Positions 50,301-64,000 of a stretch of DNA of 64,000 nucleotides are shown piece after piece. Below the pieces are notes generated by a model, which was not told where the DNA came from, did not search any database, and worked only from the letters and a program-made list of their open reading frames with translations. The stretch is from Balanoglossus misakiensis. Taxonomy: Eukaryota; Animalia; Hemichordata. A program made the position numbers and the translations under genes. Each line of letters opens with the position of its first letter. The first letter of the stretch is position 1. The stretch lies in assembly GCA_040954595.2 (NCBI GenBank), contig CM082579.2, positions 14,013,834-14,077,833 of the forward strand, given 5' to 3'.

Positions 50301-53300
50301 TAAATCCCTAGGTTAATAAATGGCCAAAAGCAATTTTATTTGACATTGCTAATTGAACGATGACATTGAATCCGATTCTTTGCATCAGGGTAAATGGCGA
50401 TGCAAGCTTGATGATGCATCACGGTAGATAGTGATGCAAACACTTTACTTTGACATGGGTATTAAATGCATATGGGGATTTCAAGTTGATTACAAATCCC
50501 TGGGTTAATACGCGTCCAAAAGCACTGTAATTTGACATTGCTAATGCGATGTTGACATTGAATGTAATTCTCCGCATTAGGGCAAATGGCAAAGCAAGCT
50601 TAATGATGCATTGGACTAGATGGTGATGCAAGCTATGCATTTTGACATAGGTATTTAATGCATGTGCATGGGTATTTAATGTTGAATGTAAATTCTCAGG
50701 TTAATACATCTCCAAAAGCACTGTAATTTAAAATTGCTAATGTAAGGGTGACATTGAATCTGATTCTTTGCATTAGGGGAAATGGCGTAGCAAGCCTAAT
50801 GATCCATCTGAGTAGATGGTGATGCAAGCTAAGCATTTTGACATAGGTACTAAATGTATATACATGGGTATTTAAAGTTGTCTGTAAATCCCCAGGTTAA
50901 TACATGGCCATAAGCACTATAATTTGACATTGCTAATGAAATGGTGACACTGAATCTGATTCTTTGCATCAGGGCATATTGTGAAGCATGCTTGATGATG
51001 CATTAGGGTCAATAGTGATGGAAACACTGCACTATGACATGGGTATTTAATGCATACGCATTGATATTTACAGTTGACTCTAAATCCCGAGGTTAATACA
51101 TGGCTAAAAGCGCTGTAATTTAAAATTACTAATGCAAAGGTTACATTGAATATGGGTAAATGGTGAAGCAAGCTTGAAGATGCATCAGGGTAGCTGGTGT
51201 TTCAAGCCCTTCACATTGACATTGGAATATAATTCATATGGGGATTTAAAATTGATTGTAAATCCCTAGGTTAATACATGGCCAAAAGCACTGTAATTTA
51301 AAATTGCTAATGCAATGGTGACATTGAATGTGATTCTTTGCATCAGGGCATATTGTGAAGCATGCTTGATGATGCTTTAGGGTCAATAGTGATGGAAACA
51401 CTGCACTATGACATGGGTATTTAATGCATACGCATTGATATTTACAGTTGACTCTTAATCCCGAGGTTAATACATGGCTAAAAGCACTGTAATTTAAAAT
51501 TACTAATGCAAAGGTTACATTGAATATGGGTAAATGGTGAAGCAAGCTTGAAGATGCATCAGGGTAGATGGTGTTTCAAGCCCTTCACATTGACATTGGA
51601 ATATAATGCATATGGGGATTTAAAATTGATTGTAAATCCCTAAGTTAATACGTGGCCAAAAGCAATTTTATTTGACATTGCTAATGCAATGATGACATTG
51701 AATCCGATTCTTTGTATCAGGGTAAATGGCGATGCAAGCTTGATGATGCATCACGGCAGATAGTGATGCAAACACTTCACTTTGACATGGGCATTAAATG
51801 CATATGGGGATTTCAAGTTGATTACAAATCCCTGGGTTAATACGCGTCCAAAAGCACTGTAATTTGAAATTGCTAATGCGATGTTGACATTGAATGTAAT
51901 TCTCCGCATTAGGGCAAATGGCAAAGCAAGCTTAATGATGCAATGGAGTAGACGGTGGTGCATGCTATGCATGTTGACATAGGTATTTAATGCATGTGCA
52001 TGGGTATTTAATGTTGAATGTAAATTCCCAGGTTAATACATCTCCAAAAGCACTGTAATTTAAAATTGCTAATGTAAGGGTGACATTGAATCTGATTCTT
52101 TGCATTATGGGAAATGGCGTAGCAAGCCTAATGATCCATCTGAGTAGATGGTGATGCAAGCTAAGCATTTTGATATAGGTACTAAATGTATATACATGGG
52201 TATTTAAAGTTGTCTGTAAATCCCCAGGTTAATACTTGGCAAAAAGCAATTTTATTTGACATTGCTAATGAAATGGTGACACTGAATCTGATTCTTTGCA
52301 TCAGGGTAAATGGCGATGCAAGCTTGATGATGCATCCCGGTAGATATTGATGCAAACACTTCACTGTGACATGGGTATTAAATGCATATGGGGATTAAAA
52401 GTTGACTGAAAATCCCTGGGTTAATACAAGTCCAAAAGCACTGAAATTTGACATAGCTAATACAATGGTGACATTGAATGTGATTCTTTGCATTAGGGGA
52501 AATGGCGTAGCAAGCCTAATGATGCATCAGTGTAGATGGTGATCCAAGCTATGCTTTTTGACATAGGTATTTAATGCATGTGCATGGGTATTTAATGTTG
52601 ACTGTAAATCCCTGGGTTAATACAAATCCAAAAGCACTGTAATTTGACATTGCTAATACAACGGTGTCATTTAATCTGATTCTTTGCATCAGGGCAAATT
52701 GCGAAGCAAGCTTAATGATGCATCAGAGTATATGGTGATGCAAGCTATGCACTTTGACATACGTATTTAATGCATATGCATTGGTATTTAATGTTGACTG
52801 TAAATCCCCAGGTTAATACGTGGCCAAAAGCACTGTAATTTGACATTGCTAATGCTACCGTGACACTAAATCTGATTCTTTGCATTAGGGTAAATTGTGA
52901 AGCAAGCTTGATGATGCATCAGGATAGATGGTGTTTTAAGCCCCTCACATTGACATTGGAATATAACGCATATGGGGATTTAAAGTTAATTGTAAATACC
53001 CAGGTTAATACATGGCCAAAAGCACTGTAATTTAAAATTGCTAATGCAATGGTGACATTGAATGTGATTCTTTGCATTAGGGGAACTGGCGTAGCAATCC
53101 TAATAGTGCATCAGAGTAGATGGTGATGCAATCTCTGCACTTTGACATAGGTATTTAATGCATATGCATGTGTATTTAATGTTGACTATAAATCCTCAGG
53201 TGAATACATGGCCATAAACACTATAATTTGACATTGCTAATGAAATGGTGACACTGAATCTGATTCTTTGCATCAGGGCATATTGTGAAGCATGCTTGAT

Positions 53301-56300
53301 GATGCATTAGGGTCAATAGTGATGGAAACACTGCACTATGACATGGGTATTTAATGCATACGCATTGATATTTACAGTTGACTCTAAATCCCGAGGTTTA
53401 TACATGGCTAAAAGCGCTGTAATTTAAAATTACTAATGCAAAGGTTACATTGAATATGGGTAAATGGTGAAGCAAGCTTGAAGATGCATCAGGGTAGCTG
53501 GTGTTTCAAGCCCTTCACATTGACATTGGAATATAATGCATATGGGGATTTAAAGTTGATTGTAAATCCCTAGGTTAATACATGGCCAAAAGCAATTTTA
53601 TTTGACATTGCTAATTGAACGATGACATTGAATCCATTTCTTTGCATCAGGGTAAATGGCGATGCAAGCTTGATGATGCATCACGGTAGATAGTGATGCA
53701 AACACTTTACTTTGACATGGGTATTAAATGCATATGGGGATTTCAAGTTGATTACAAATCCCTGGGTTAATACGCGTCCAAAAGCACTGTAATTTGACAT
53801 TGCTAATGCGATGTTGACATTGAATGTAATTCTCCGCATTAGGGCAAATGGCAAAGCAAGCTTAATGATGCAATGGAGTAGACCGTGATGCAAGCTATGC
53901 ATTTTGACATAGGTATTTAATGCATGTGCATGGGTATTAAATGTTGAATGTAAATTCTCAGGTTAATACATCTCCAAAAGCACTGTAATTTAAAATTGCT
54001 AATGTAAGGGTGACATTGAATCTGATTCTTTGCATTAGGGGAAATGGCGTAGCAAGCCTAATGATCCATCTGAGTAGATGGTGATGCAAGCTAAGCATTT
54101 TGACATAGGTACTAAATGTATATACATGGGTATTTAAAGTTGTCTGTAAATCCCCAGGTTAATACATGGCCATAAGCATTATAATTTGACATTGCTAATG
54201 AAATGGTGACACTGAATCTGATTCTTTGCATCAGGGCATATTGTGAAGCATGCTTGATGATGTATTAGGGTCAATAGTGATGGAAACACTGCACTATGAC
54301 ATGGGTATTTAATGCATACGCATTGATATTTACAGTTGACTCTAAATCCCGAGGTTAATACATGGCTAAAAGCGCTGTAATTTAAAATTACTAATGCAAA
54401 GGTTACATTGAATATGGGTAAATGGTGAAGCAAGCTTGAAGATGCATCAGGGTAGCTGGTGTTTCAAGCCCTTCACATTGACATTGGAATATAATGCATA
54501 TGGGGATTTAAAATTGATTGTAAATCCCTAGGTTAATACATGGCCAAAAGCACTGTAATTTAAAATTGCTAGTGCAATGGTGACATTGAATGTGATTCTT
54601 TGCATCAGGGCATATTGTGAAGCATGCTTGATGATGCATTAGGGTCAATAGTGATGGAAACACTGCACTATGACATGGGTATTTAATGCATACGCATTGA
54701 TATTTACAGTTGACTCTTAATCCCGAGGTTAATACATGGCTAAAAGCACTGTAATTTAAAATTACTAATGCAAAGTTTACATTGAATATGGGTAAATGGT
54801 GAAGCAAGCTTGAAGATGCATCAGGGTAGATGGTGTTTCAAGCCCTTCACATTGACATTGGAATATAATGCATATGGGGATTTAAAATTGATTGTAAATC
54901 CCTAGGTTAATACGTGGCCAAAAGCAATTTTATTTGACATTGCTAATGAAATGGTGACACTGAATCTGATTCTTTGCATCAGGGTAAATGGCGATGCAAG
55001 CTTGATGATGCATCCCGGTAGATAGTGATGCAAACACTTCACTGTGACATGGGTATTAAATGCATATGGGGATTAAAAGTTGACTGAAAATCCCTGGGTT
55101 AATACAAGTCCAAAAGCACTGAAATTTGACATAGCTAATACAATGGTGACATTGAATGTGATTCTTTGCATTAGGGGAAATGGCGTAGCAAGCCTAATGA
55201 TGCATCAGTGTAGATGGTAATGCAAGCTATGCTTTTTGACATAGGTATTTAATGCATATGCATTGGTATTTAATGTTGACTGTAAATCCCCAGGTTAATA
55301 CGTGGCCAAAGGCACTGTAATTTGACATTGCTAATGCTACCGTGACACTAAATCTGATTCTTTGCATTAGGGTAAATTGTGAAGCAAGCTTGATGATGCA
55401 TCAGGATAGATGGTGTTTTAAGCCCCTCACATTGACATTGCAATATAACGCATATGGGGATTTAAAGTTAATTGTAAATACCCAGGTTAATACATGGCCA
55501 AAAGCACTGTAATTTAACATTGCTAATGCAATGGTGACATTGAATGTGATTCTTTGCATTAGGGGAACTGGCGTAGCAATCCTAATAGTGCATCAGAGTA
55601 GATGGTGATGCAAGCTCTGCACTTTGACATAGGTATTTAATGCATATGCATGTGTATTTAATGTTGACTATAAATCCTCAGGTGAATACATGGCCATAAA
55701 CACTATAATTTGACATTGCTAATGAAATGGTGACACTGAATCTGATTCTTTGCATCAGGGCATATTGTGAAGCATGCTTGATGATGCATTAGGGTCAATA
55801 GTGATGGAAACACTGCACTATGACATGGGTATTTAATGCATACGCATTGATATTTACAGTTGACTCTAAATCCCGAGGTTTATACATGGCTAAAAGCGCT
55901 GTAATTTAAAATTACTAATGCAAAGGTTACATTGAATATGGGTAAATGGTGAAGCAAGCTTGAAGATGCATCAGGGTAGCTGGTGTTTTAAGCCCTACAC
56001 ATTGACATTGGAATATAATGCATATGGGGATTTAAAATTGATTGTAAATCCCTAGGTTAATACGTGGCCAAGAGCAATTTTATTTGACATTGCTAATGCA
56101 ACGATGACATTGAATCCGATTCTTTGTATCAGGGTAAATGGCGATGCAAGCTTGATGATGCATCACGGTAGATAGTGATGCAAACACTTCACTTTGACAT
56201 GGGCTTTAAATGCATATGGGGATTTCAAGTTGTTTACAAATCCCTGGGTTAATACGCATCCAAAAGCACTGTAATTTGACATTGCTAATGCGATGTTAAC

Positions 56301-59300
56301 ATTGAATGTAATTCTCCGCATTAGGGCAAATGGAAAAGCAAGCTTAATGATGCAATGGAGTAGACGGTGATGCAAGCTATGCATTTTGACATAGGTATTT
56401 AATGCATGTGCATGGGTATTTAATGTTGAATGTAAATTCCCAGGTTAATACATCTCCAAAAGCACTGTAATTTAAAATTGCTAATGTAAGGGTGACATTG
56501 AATCTGATTCTTTGCATTATGGGAAATGGCCTAACAAGCCTAATGATCCATCTGAGTAGATGGTGATGCAAGCTAAGCATTTTGACATAGGTACTAAATG
56601 TATATACATGGGTATTTAAAGTTGTCTGTAAATCCCCAGGTTAATACATGGCCATAAGCATTATAATTTGACATTGCTAATGAAATGGTGACACTGAATC
56701 TGATTCTTTGCATCAGGGCATATTGTGAAGCATGCTTGATGATGTATTAGGGTCAATAGTGATGGAAACACTGCACTATGACATGGGTATTTAATGCATA
56801 CGCATTGATATTTACAGTTGACTCTAAATCCCGAGGTTAATACATGGCTAAAAGCGCTGTAATTTAAAATTACTAATGCAAAGGTTACATTGAATATGGG
56901 TAAATGGTGAAGCAAGCTTGAAGATGCATCAGGGTAGCTGGTGTTTCAAGCCCTTCACATTGACATTGGAATATAATGCATATGGGGATTTAAAATTGAT
57001 TGTAAATCCCTAGGTTAATACATGACCAAAAGCACTGTAATTTAAAATTGCTAGTGCAATGGTGACATTGAATGTGATTCTTTGCATCAGGGCATATTGT
57101 GAAGCATGCTTGATGATGCATTAGGGTCAATAGTGATGGAAACACTGCACTATGACATGGGTATTTAATGCATACGCATTGATATTTACAGTTGACTCTT
57201 AATCCCGAGGTTAATACATGGCTAAAAGCACTGTAATTTAAAATTACTAATGCAAAGGTTACATTGAATATGGGTAAATGGTGAAGCAAGCTTGAAGATG
57301 CATCAGGGTAGATGGTGTTTCAAGCCCTTCACATTGACATTGGAATATAATGCATATGGGGATTTAAAATTGATTGTAAATCCCTAGGTTAATACGTGGC
57401 CAAAAGCAATTTTATTTGACATTGCTAATGAAATGGTGACACTGAATTTGATTCTGATTCTTTGCATCAGGGTAAATGGCGATGCAAGCTTGATGATGCA
57501 TCCCGGTAGATAGTGATGCAAACACTTCACTGTGACATGGGTATTAAATGCATATGGGGATTAAAAGTTGACTGAAAATCCCTGGGTTAATACAAGTCCA
57601 AAAGCACTGAAATTTGACATAGCTAATACAATGGTGACATTGAATGTGATTCTTTGCATTAGGGGAAATGGCGTAGCAAGCCTAATGATGCATCAGTGTA
57701 GATGGTGATGCAAGCTATGCTTTTTGACATAGGTATTTAATGCATATGCATTGGTATTTAATGTTGACTGTAAATCCCCAGGTTAATACGTGGCCAAAAG
57801 CACTGTAATTTGACATTGCTAATGCTACCGTGACACTAAATCTGATTCTTTGCATTAGGGTAAATTGTGAAGCAAGCTTGATGATGCATCAGGATAGATG
57901 GTGTTTTAAGCCCCTCACATTGACATTGCAATATAACGCATATGGGGATTTAAAGTTAATTGTAAATACCCAGGTTAATACATGGCCAAAAGCACTGTAA
58001 TTTAACATTGCTAATGCAATGGTGACATTGAATGTGATTCTTTGCATTAGGGGAACTGGCGTAGCAATCCTAATAGTGCATCAGAGTAGATGGTGATGCA
58101 AGCTCTGCACTTTGACATAGGTATTTAATGCATATGCATGTGTATTTAATGTTGACTATAAATCCTCAGGTGAATACATGGCCATAAACACTATAATTTG
58201 ACATTGCTAATGAAATGGTGACACTGAATCTGATTCTTTGCATCAGGGCATATTGTGAAGCATGCTTGATGATGCATTAGGGTCAATAGTGATGGAAACA
58301 CTGCACTATGACATGGGTATTTAATGCATACGCATTGATATTTACAGTTGACTCTAAATCCCGAGGTTTATACATGGCTAAAAGCGCTGTAATTTAAAAT
58401 TACTAATGCAAAGGTTACATTGAATATGGGTAAATGGTGAAGCAAGCTTGAAGATGCATCAGGGTAGCTGGTGTTTTAAGCCCTACACATTGACATTGGA
58501 ATATAATGCATATGGGGATTTAAAATTGATTGTAAATCCCTAGGTTAATACGTGGCCAAGAGCAATTTTATTTGACATTGCTAATGCAACGATGACATTG
58601 AATCCGATTCTTTGTATCAGGGTAAATGGCGATGCAAGCTTGATGATGCATCACGGTAGATAGTGATGCAAACACTTCACTTTGACATGGGCTTTAAATG
58701 CATATGGGGATTTCAAGTTGTTTACAAATCCCTGGGTTAATACGCATCCAAAAGCACTGTAATTTGACATTGCTAATGCGATGTTAACATTGAATGTAAT
58801 TCTCCGCATTAGGGCAAATGGAAAAGCAAGCTTAATGATGCAATGGAGTAGACGGTGATGCAAGCTATGCATTTTGACATAGGTATTTAATGCATGTGCA
58901 TGGGTATTTAATGTTGAATGTAAATTCCCAGGTTAATACATCTCCAAAAGCACTGTAATTTAAAATTGCTAATGTAAGGGTGACATTGAATCTGATTCTT
59001 TGCATTATGGGAAATGGCCTAACAAGCCTAATGATCCATCTGAGTAGATGGTGATGCAAGCTAAGCATTTTGACATAGGTACTAAATGTATATACATGGG
59101 TATTTAAAGTTGTCTGTAAATCCCCAGGTTAATACATTGCCATAAGCTCTATAATTTGACATTGCTAATGAAATGGTGACACTGAATCTGATTCTTTGCA
59201 TCAGGGCATATTGTGAAGCATGCTTGATGATGTATTAGTGTCAACAGTGATGGAAACACTGCACTATGACATGGGTATTTAATGCATATGCATTGATATT

Positions 59301-60655
59301 TACAGTTGACTCTAAATCCCGAGGTTAATACATGGCTAAAAGCGCTGTAATTTAAAATTACTAATGCAAAGGTTACATTAAATATGGGTAAATGGTGAAG
59401 CAAGCTTGAAGATGCATCAGGGTAAATGGTGTTTCAAGCCCTTCACATTGACTTGGAATATAATGCATATGGGGATTTAAAATTGATTGTAAATCCCTAG
59501 GTTAATACGTGGCCAAAAGCAATTTTATTTGACATTGCTAATGCAACGATGACATTGAATCCGATTCTTTGCATCAGGGTAAATGGCGATGCAAGCTTGA
59601 TGATGCATCATGGTAGATAGTGATGCAAACACTTCACTTTGACATGGGCATTAAATGCATATGGGGATTTCAAGTTGATTACAAATCCCTGGATTAATAC
59701 GCGTCCAAAAGCACTGTAATTTGACATTGCTAATGCGATGTTGACATTGAATGTAATTCTCCGCATTAGGGCAAATGGCAAAGCAAGCTTAATGATGCAA
59801 TGGAGTAGACGGTGATGCAAGCTATGCATTTTGACATAGGTATTTAATGCATGTGCTTGGGTATTTAATGTTGAATGTAAATTCCCAGGTTAATACATCT
59901 CCAAAAGCACTGTAATTTAAAATTGCTAATGTAAGGGTGACATTGAATCTGATTCTTTGCATTATGGGAAATGGCATAGCAAGCCTAATGATCCATCTGA
60001 GTAGATGGTGATGCAAGCTAAGCATTTTGATATAGGTACTAAATGTATATACATGGGTATTTAAAGTTGTCTGTAAATCCCCAGGTTAATTCTTGGCAAA
60101 AAGCAATTTTATTTTACATTGCTAATGAAATGGTGACACTGAATCTGATTCTTTGCATCAGGGTAAATGGCGATGCAAGCTTGATGATGCATCCCGGTAG
60201 ATAGTGATGCAAACACTTCACTTTGACATGGGTATTAAATGCATATGGGGATTAAAAGTTGACTGAAAATCCCTGGGTTAATACAAGTCCAAAAGCACTG
60301 AAATTTGACATAGCTAATACAATGGTGACATTGAATGTGATTCTTTGCATTAGGGGAAATGGCGTAGCAAGCCTAATGATGCATCAGTGTAGATGGTGAT
60401 CCAAGCTCTGCGCTTTGGCATGGGTATTTAATGTTGAATGTAAATTCCCAGGTTAATATATGCATGGGTATTTAATGTTGACTGTAAATCCCTAGGTTAA
60501 TACATGGCCATAAGTACTGTAAGGGGTAGATGGTGATGCAAGCTCTGCACTTTGACATGGGGATTAAATGCATGCTGAGGGGGATTTTAAGTTGTCTGTA
60601 AATCCCCAGGTTGATATGTGGCCAAAAGCACTGTAATTTGACATTGCTAATGATG
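47370..60655. repeat. Satellite 2: 178/192/196-bp monomers, ~69 copies, with higher-order repeats
   Basis: CAAAAGC anchor spacing is 196, 192, 196, 192 at the left end. The same spurious ORFs recur at offsets 2482, 2488 and 3262. Confidence 0.97.
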
Positions 60656-60790
60656 GTGAGCTGTACTCCCCAGGGAGTTGAATGGAATGTTTAGGTCCAA
60701 CGACCTAGGTCAAATGACCATGGGACAACTTTAAAGCATGTTGAGATTTAATGTGCTACATAAGTTATAAATATTATATTAATATTATTA
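60655..60790 (+). mobile_element. 3' fragment of a SINE with an L2-type tail
   Basis: CTGTACTCCCCAGGGAGTTGA body, TAAAGCATGTTGAG...GTGCTACATAAG tail and (ATT)-rich end; it abuts the satellite. Confidence 0.45.
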
Positions 60791-61479
60791 CATAAACAAC
60801 ACTCTTACCTAGCTAAGGAAGTGGTCAGGTGAAAAATATTTGCAGAGCTGACCAATTATTTAAGGAATATTAAAGTTGGGTAATTTGGACGTATTCATAC
60901 GGGTGTTGGTCAATGGAAAGTCCTTTGTTCATTTTCAAAATGGCAACCAAAAATGCGAACAAAACACACTGAATTATGTACGGGATATTGGTGTTGCCTA
61001 ATTTGCGTGTTTCCACATTTACTTAAACTCTCACAGGGAGACAAATGTCACAGCAAACGGAAAAATGACTATGCTACACACAACACTTTTATTGATCATG
61101 GAAAATGTTCATGAGAATTGTGTTATGGTACTTTTCGGGGCTCACGACCTGTGTTATAGGAAATCTGACAAGGAATCCAAACTGTACCACATACACAACA
61201 CTTTAATTAAGCATGGGAAATGGTCCTGAGAACAATATTCTCAGAGTTGAAAAACTGTGTTATCTGCGTTATATTGATGTTGTCTAATTTACACGCCTGT
61301 ACATTTATTTATACTCTGACTTTGAGCTTAATAAGGCAGCGCCTGCTAAGGTCAATTTGCCACGTACACTTTTAATTAGCATAGATAATGATCATGATAA
61401 CTTCATTTTCAGAGCTGACAAACTGTGTTATGTGAAATTCATGTTGCCTATTTCATGATAATGGCTTGTGGTACACAAT

Positions 61480-62092
61480 GGTTAACAGCAATCAGCAATT
61501 GCTTGTATGATAGGTATAATGATCGATTTACAAATTTCAATGGTATAATAATGGGCAACACATGTGGAAGTGTTTAATAAACAGTTAACTGATGTGGTGA
61601 TGGTTTGTGGTAAAATTGAGGGTACACAGATTATAATGGGCAAAACAATGAATATAATAGAGGTTGATGATGGTGAATGGTTTCATATGAATGGTGTAAT
61701 AAAGGTTAACAAATGTGGTGATAGCTTTGGTGTACAGGGCTGTTCATATCTTTAGTAATGACAAAGGTATAATAGTGATAAAAGCTTAAATAAGTGTTAG
61801 GGCACAATCTTCATGATGGTTCATTCATTGGTTAATGTGTATATTTTATTAATATCATGCTATTGTTTATCAGTTAGATCATAATCAGGGTTTTTCCATG
61901 CACATAGTCATCATGAATCAGCGGAATTCTTCTGAATAGTACCTGTGATCATTTTTGCGCACCGACGCATTGTACGCGACAGACATGCAGAAAATATTAA
62001 CATGTAACTCACAGGCATAGTGTTAAATCTAAACGACTATATGTTAGATAAGCTTTACCTCCCCACCCCATCAAAATTCCAAATTTAGCTTG
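61480..62092 (+). repeat. Diverged direct repeat of ~45950-46640
   Basis: Shared blocks GTTCATTCATTGGTTAATGTG, CATTGTACGCGACAGACATGCAGAAAAT and ACCTCCCCACCCCATC..AATTCCAAATTTAGCTT. Confidence 0.85.
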
Positions 62093-62624
62093 ATGTGACG
62101 TTTTCGGGTAGTACCAATTCGGAAACTTTCATGGTTCATTCATTGAACCAAATATTGGATTTGACACACTGTGTCTTGGGTGGGTAAAGCATGGTGAAAT
62201 GTTGGCAGTAAACTTTAACCAGACAGGTCACATGAAAGGAAGATTTTATCATTTGAGTTCGATGGCATACATGATAAGATATGTCAGTTCTGACACCTTT
62301 TTTGCAGATGTAGATGCTGATGTATTTTTTCCATTGGACACAATACTCAAAGTCCAGTCTGTGTTTAAAATGATACCCTGGTCACACACAGTGAGAAATG
62401 TCAGCCTTTGACTTAATTATCTAATTTATGCATTGTTAACAATGCACTGTGACATTTACTGCATGTATTTTTCCCCCTGTGGAAACTTACTATGCTTTGA
62501 ATACATGTTCCCTAATGGGGTGTTAAAGGATACAGTAGGATCTGTTTCGGTAGCAAATATGACACTGTTTTCAACATATTTGACTGGTGGCAATATGTGG
62601 TTTTACGTTGGTATCCATCATGTA

Positions 62625-63109
62625 ACTCAGATACCTATATGAAGCTCCATAGTAAATTTCACAGAAGTCGGCTGATCAATTCCAGAAAAGTAGATTTTTT
62701 ACCAAAAATGTGGAAAAAGACAAAAAAATGCATAACAAGTAGAAAATTCACACTATTAGCTTAAAACATACAGAAATGTGTGAGGCTAATATAAGGTACT
62801 ATCATACCATTTTTTCAAATCAATATGACCAGGACTTGTCGAGTTTCTGAGTTTTGACCAAATTAAGGTTTTCCCAGCTAATTTGTATATATTTTTGGCA
62901 ATGACAACTTCGTTTGAACAAACTCCCATCTACAGCCTAGCATGCATCTACACACCAAATATTGAGGTTATTGGCGCAACGGTTTTCAAGTTTTTGATGT
63001 GTACGAACATACATCCATCTATCCGTCCATATGTCCATACATACATACAGACGCAACCAAATCCATAAGGTCCCACTGTATATACCTATACAAATGGGAC
63101 CAAATAAAA
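62625..63109 (-). mobile_element. HINE-like family 2 element, 5' part
   Basis: Minus strand starts with a T-run, a GGTCCCA...TGGGACC hairpin and a (GTAT)n microsatellite; homologous to 16915-17305. Confidence 0.7.
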
Positions 63110-63878
63110 CACACAAAAAATAACACTTAACATCTTACAGTGCAGGGCCTTGCTAGTTGATGTGGTACAATTCTATCATATCACTTCACAGCTGGTAGCC
63201 AAGGGCAGTGTTTGCACAGAGGAGCCTCCTGAATGTCTTTGCTCGTTCACACCTCTTCAGTGATAATGTCTGGATTACATTGACATGAAACTGTTTGTTC
63301 AGTAGTGTTTCAACTGCCAGCTACCTGGGTTCATTTTACACCCAAACACTGAAAATATTGCAGCAGTCAATAATATAACCTACACACTGTGTGAAATTCA
63401 CCATGTTCTAAAGTAATGTTGATGTCTAATGTGCATTGTGACTTACAGGGCATGCACGGCTAAAGCTTGTCGAAAGTTGACAAAGCAAAAGACCAGACCA
63501 GTTGCCTGTTTTAAAATGTGCTTCATTCCAAGGACCTTGGCGATGAGTCATGAATTGGGAAACGTTCATGAGACCCATTTTTTTTCACTGGACCAGCACA
63601 TTTAATGATATGACCATGAAATTGAACTGTTCCCAGGAGCTACTGAGAGTTGCCTTGTTTCACCCCCAAGTTACTACCTGGGGTTTTTACAATGACGACA
63701 GTAGTTCCAAAAAAAAACGTTGTACTTTTATGAATAATCGATTAGGGTAGATTTATTCATGGTAGTAAAACTTTTTGGCCTGCAGTTGCCAAACAAAGAC
63801 AATTACAAGTAAGGGACTGGACATAAACTACCAGGGGGAGCGCAGGGGAATTGACGAAAGCGATGGCCTCAAATTAAT

Positions 63879-64000
63879 GTCATAGTCCAGTGGTTAGAGC
63901 ATCAGACCCATAATCAAAGAATCAAGAGTTTGATCCCTGGCATGGTTGTGGTGTTGTGTCCTCTGGCAAGGCAATTTACATCTCCTTGCCTCTCCCTGCC
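63879..64000 (+). mobile_element. tRNA-derived SINE head (runs off the window)
   Basis: A box TAGTCCAGTGG, B box GAGTTTGATCCC, then a GTGTCCTCTGGCAAGGCAATT body resembling CORE-type SINEs. Confidence 0.7.

Noticed and set aside
47455-60025. Recurring 60-99 aa ORFs (MLHHLP..., MHSLHH...)
   Set aside because: Chance stop-free frames in satellite monomers; they recur at the HOR period.
63879-63950. tRNA gene
   Set aside because: The cloverleaf is degenerate and runs into a SINE body.

Overview
AT-rich animal genomic DNA with GT-AG introns, probably from a marine invertebrate (inferred from repeat types; the species cannot be determined). I found no intact protein-coding gene. 1-9 kb: a tandemly duplicated, disabled cluster of phase-1 calcium-binding EGF exons whose introns carry MITEs and L2 LINE scraps. 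10-14 kb: two disabled poly-Gln exons that resemble the 3' end of MED25 (tentative). 14-24 kb: non-autonomous DNA elements and a 139-bp minisatellite. 24.4-45.0 kb: a complex built from one family of Helentron-associated (HINE/DINE-like) elements. It contains head-to-tail ~0.85-kb copies, a ~15-kb array of a 116-bp monomer derived from an internal segment of the element, and two complete-looking elements nested one inside the other. 47.4-60.65 kb: a second, unrelated satellite (178/192/196-bp monomers) with 2-mer, 13-mer and 17-mer higher-order repeats, flanked by diverged direct repeats. Most ORFs in the supplied track are repeat artefacts. The best candidate system is the apparent birth of a satellite inside a rolling-circle element concatemer. 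All coordinates and identities were read by eye.
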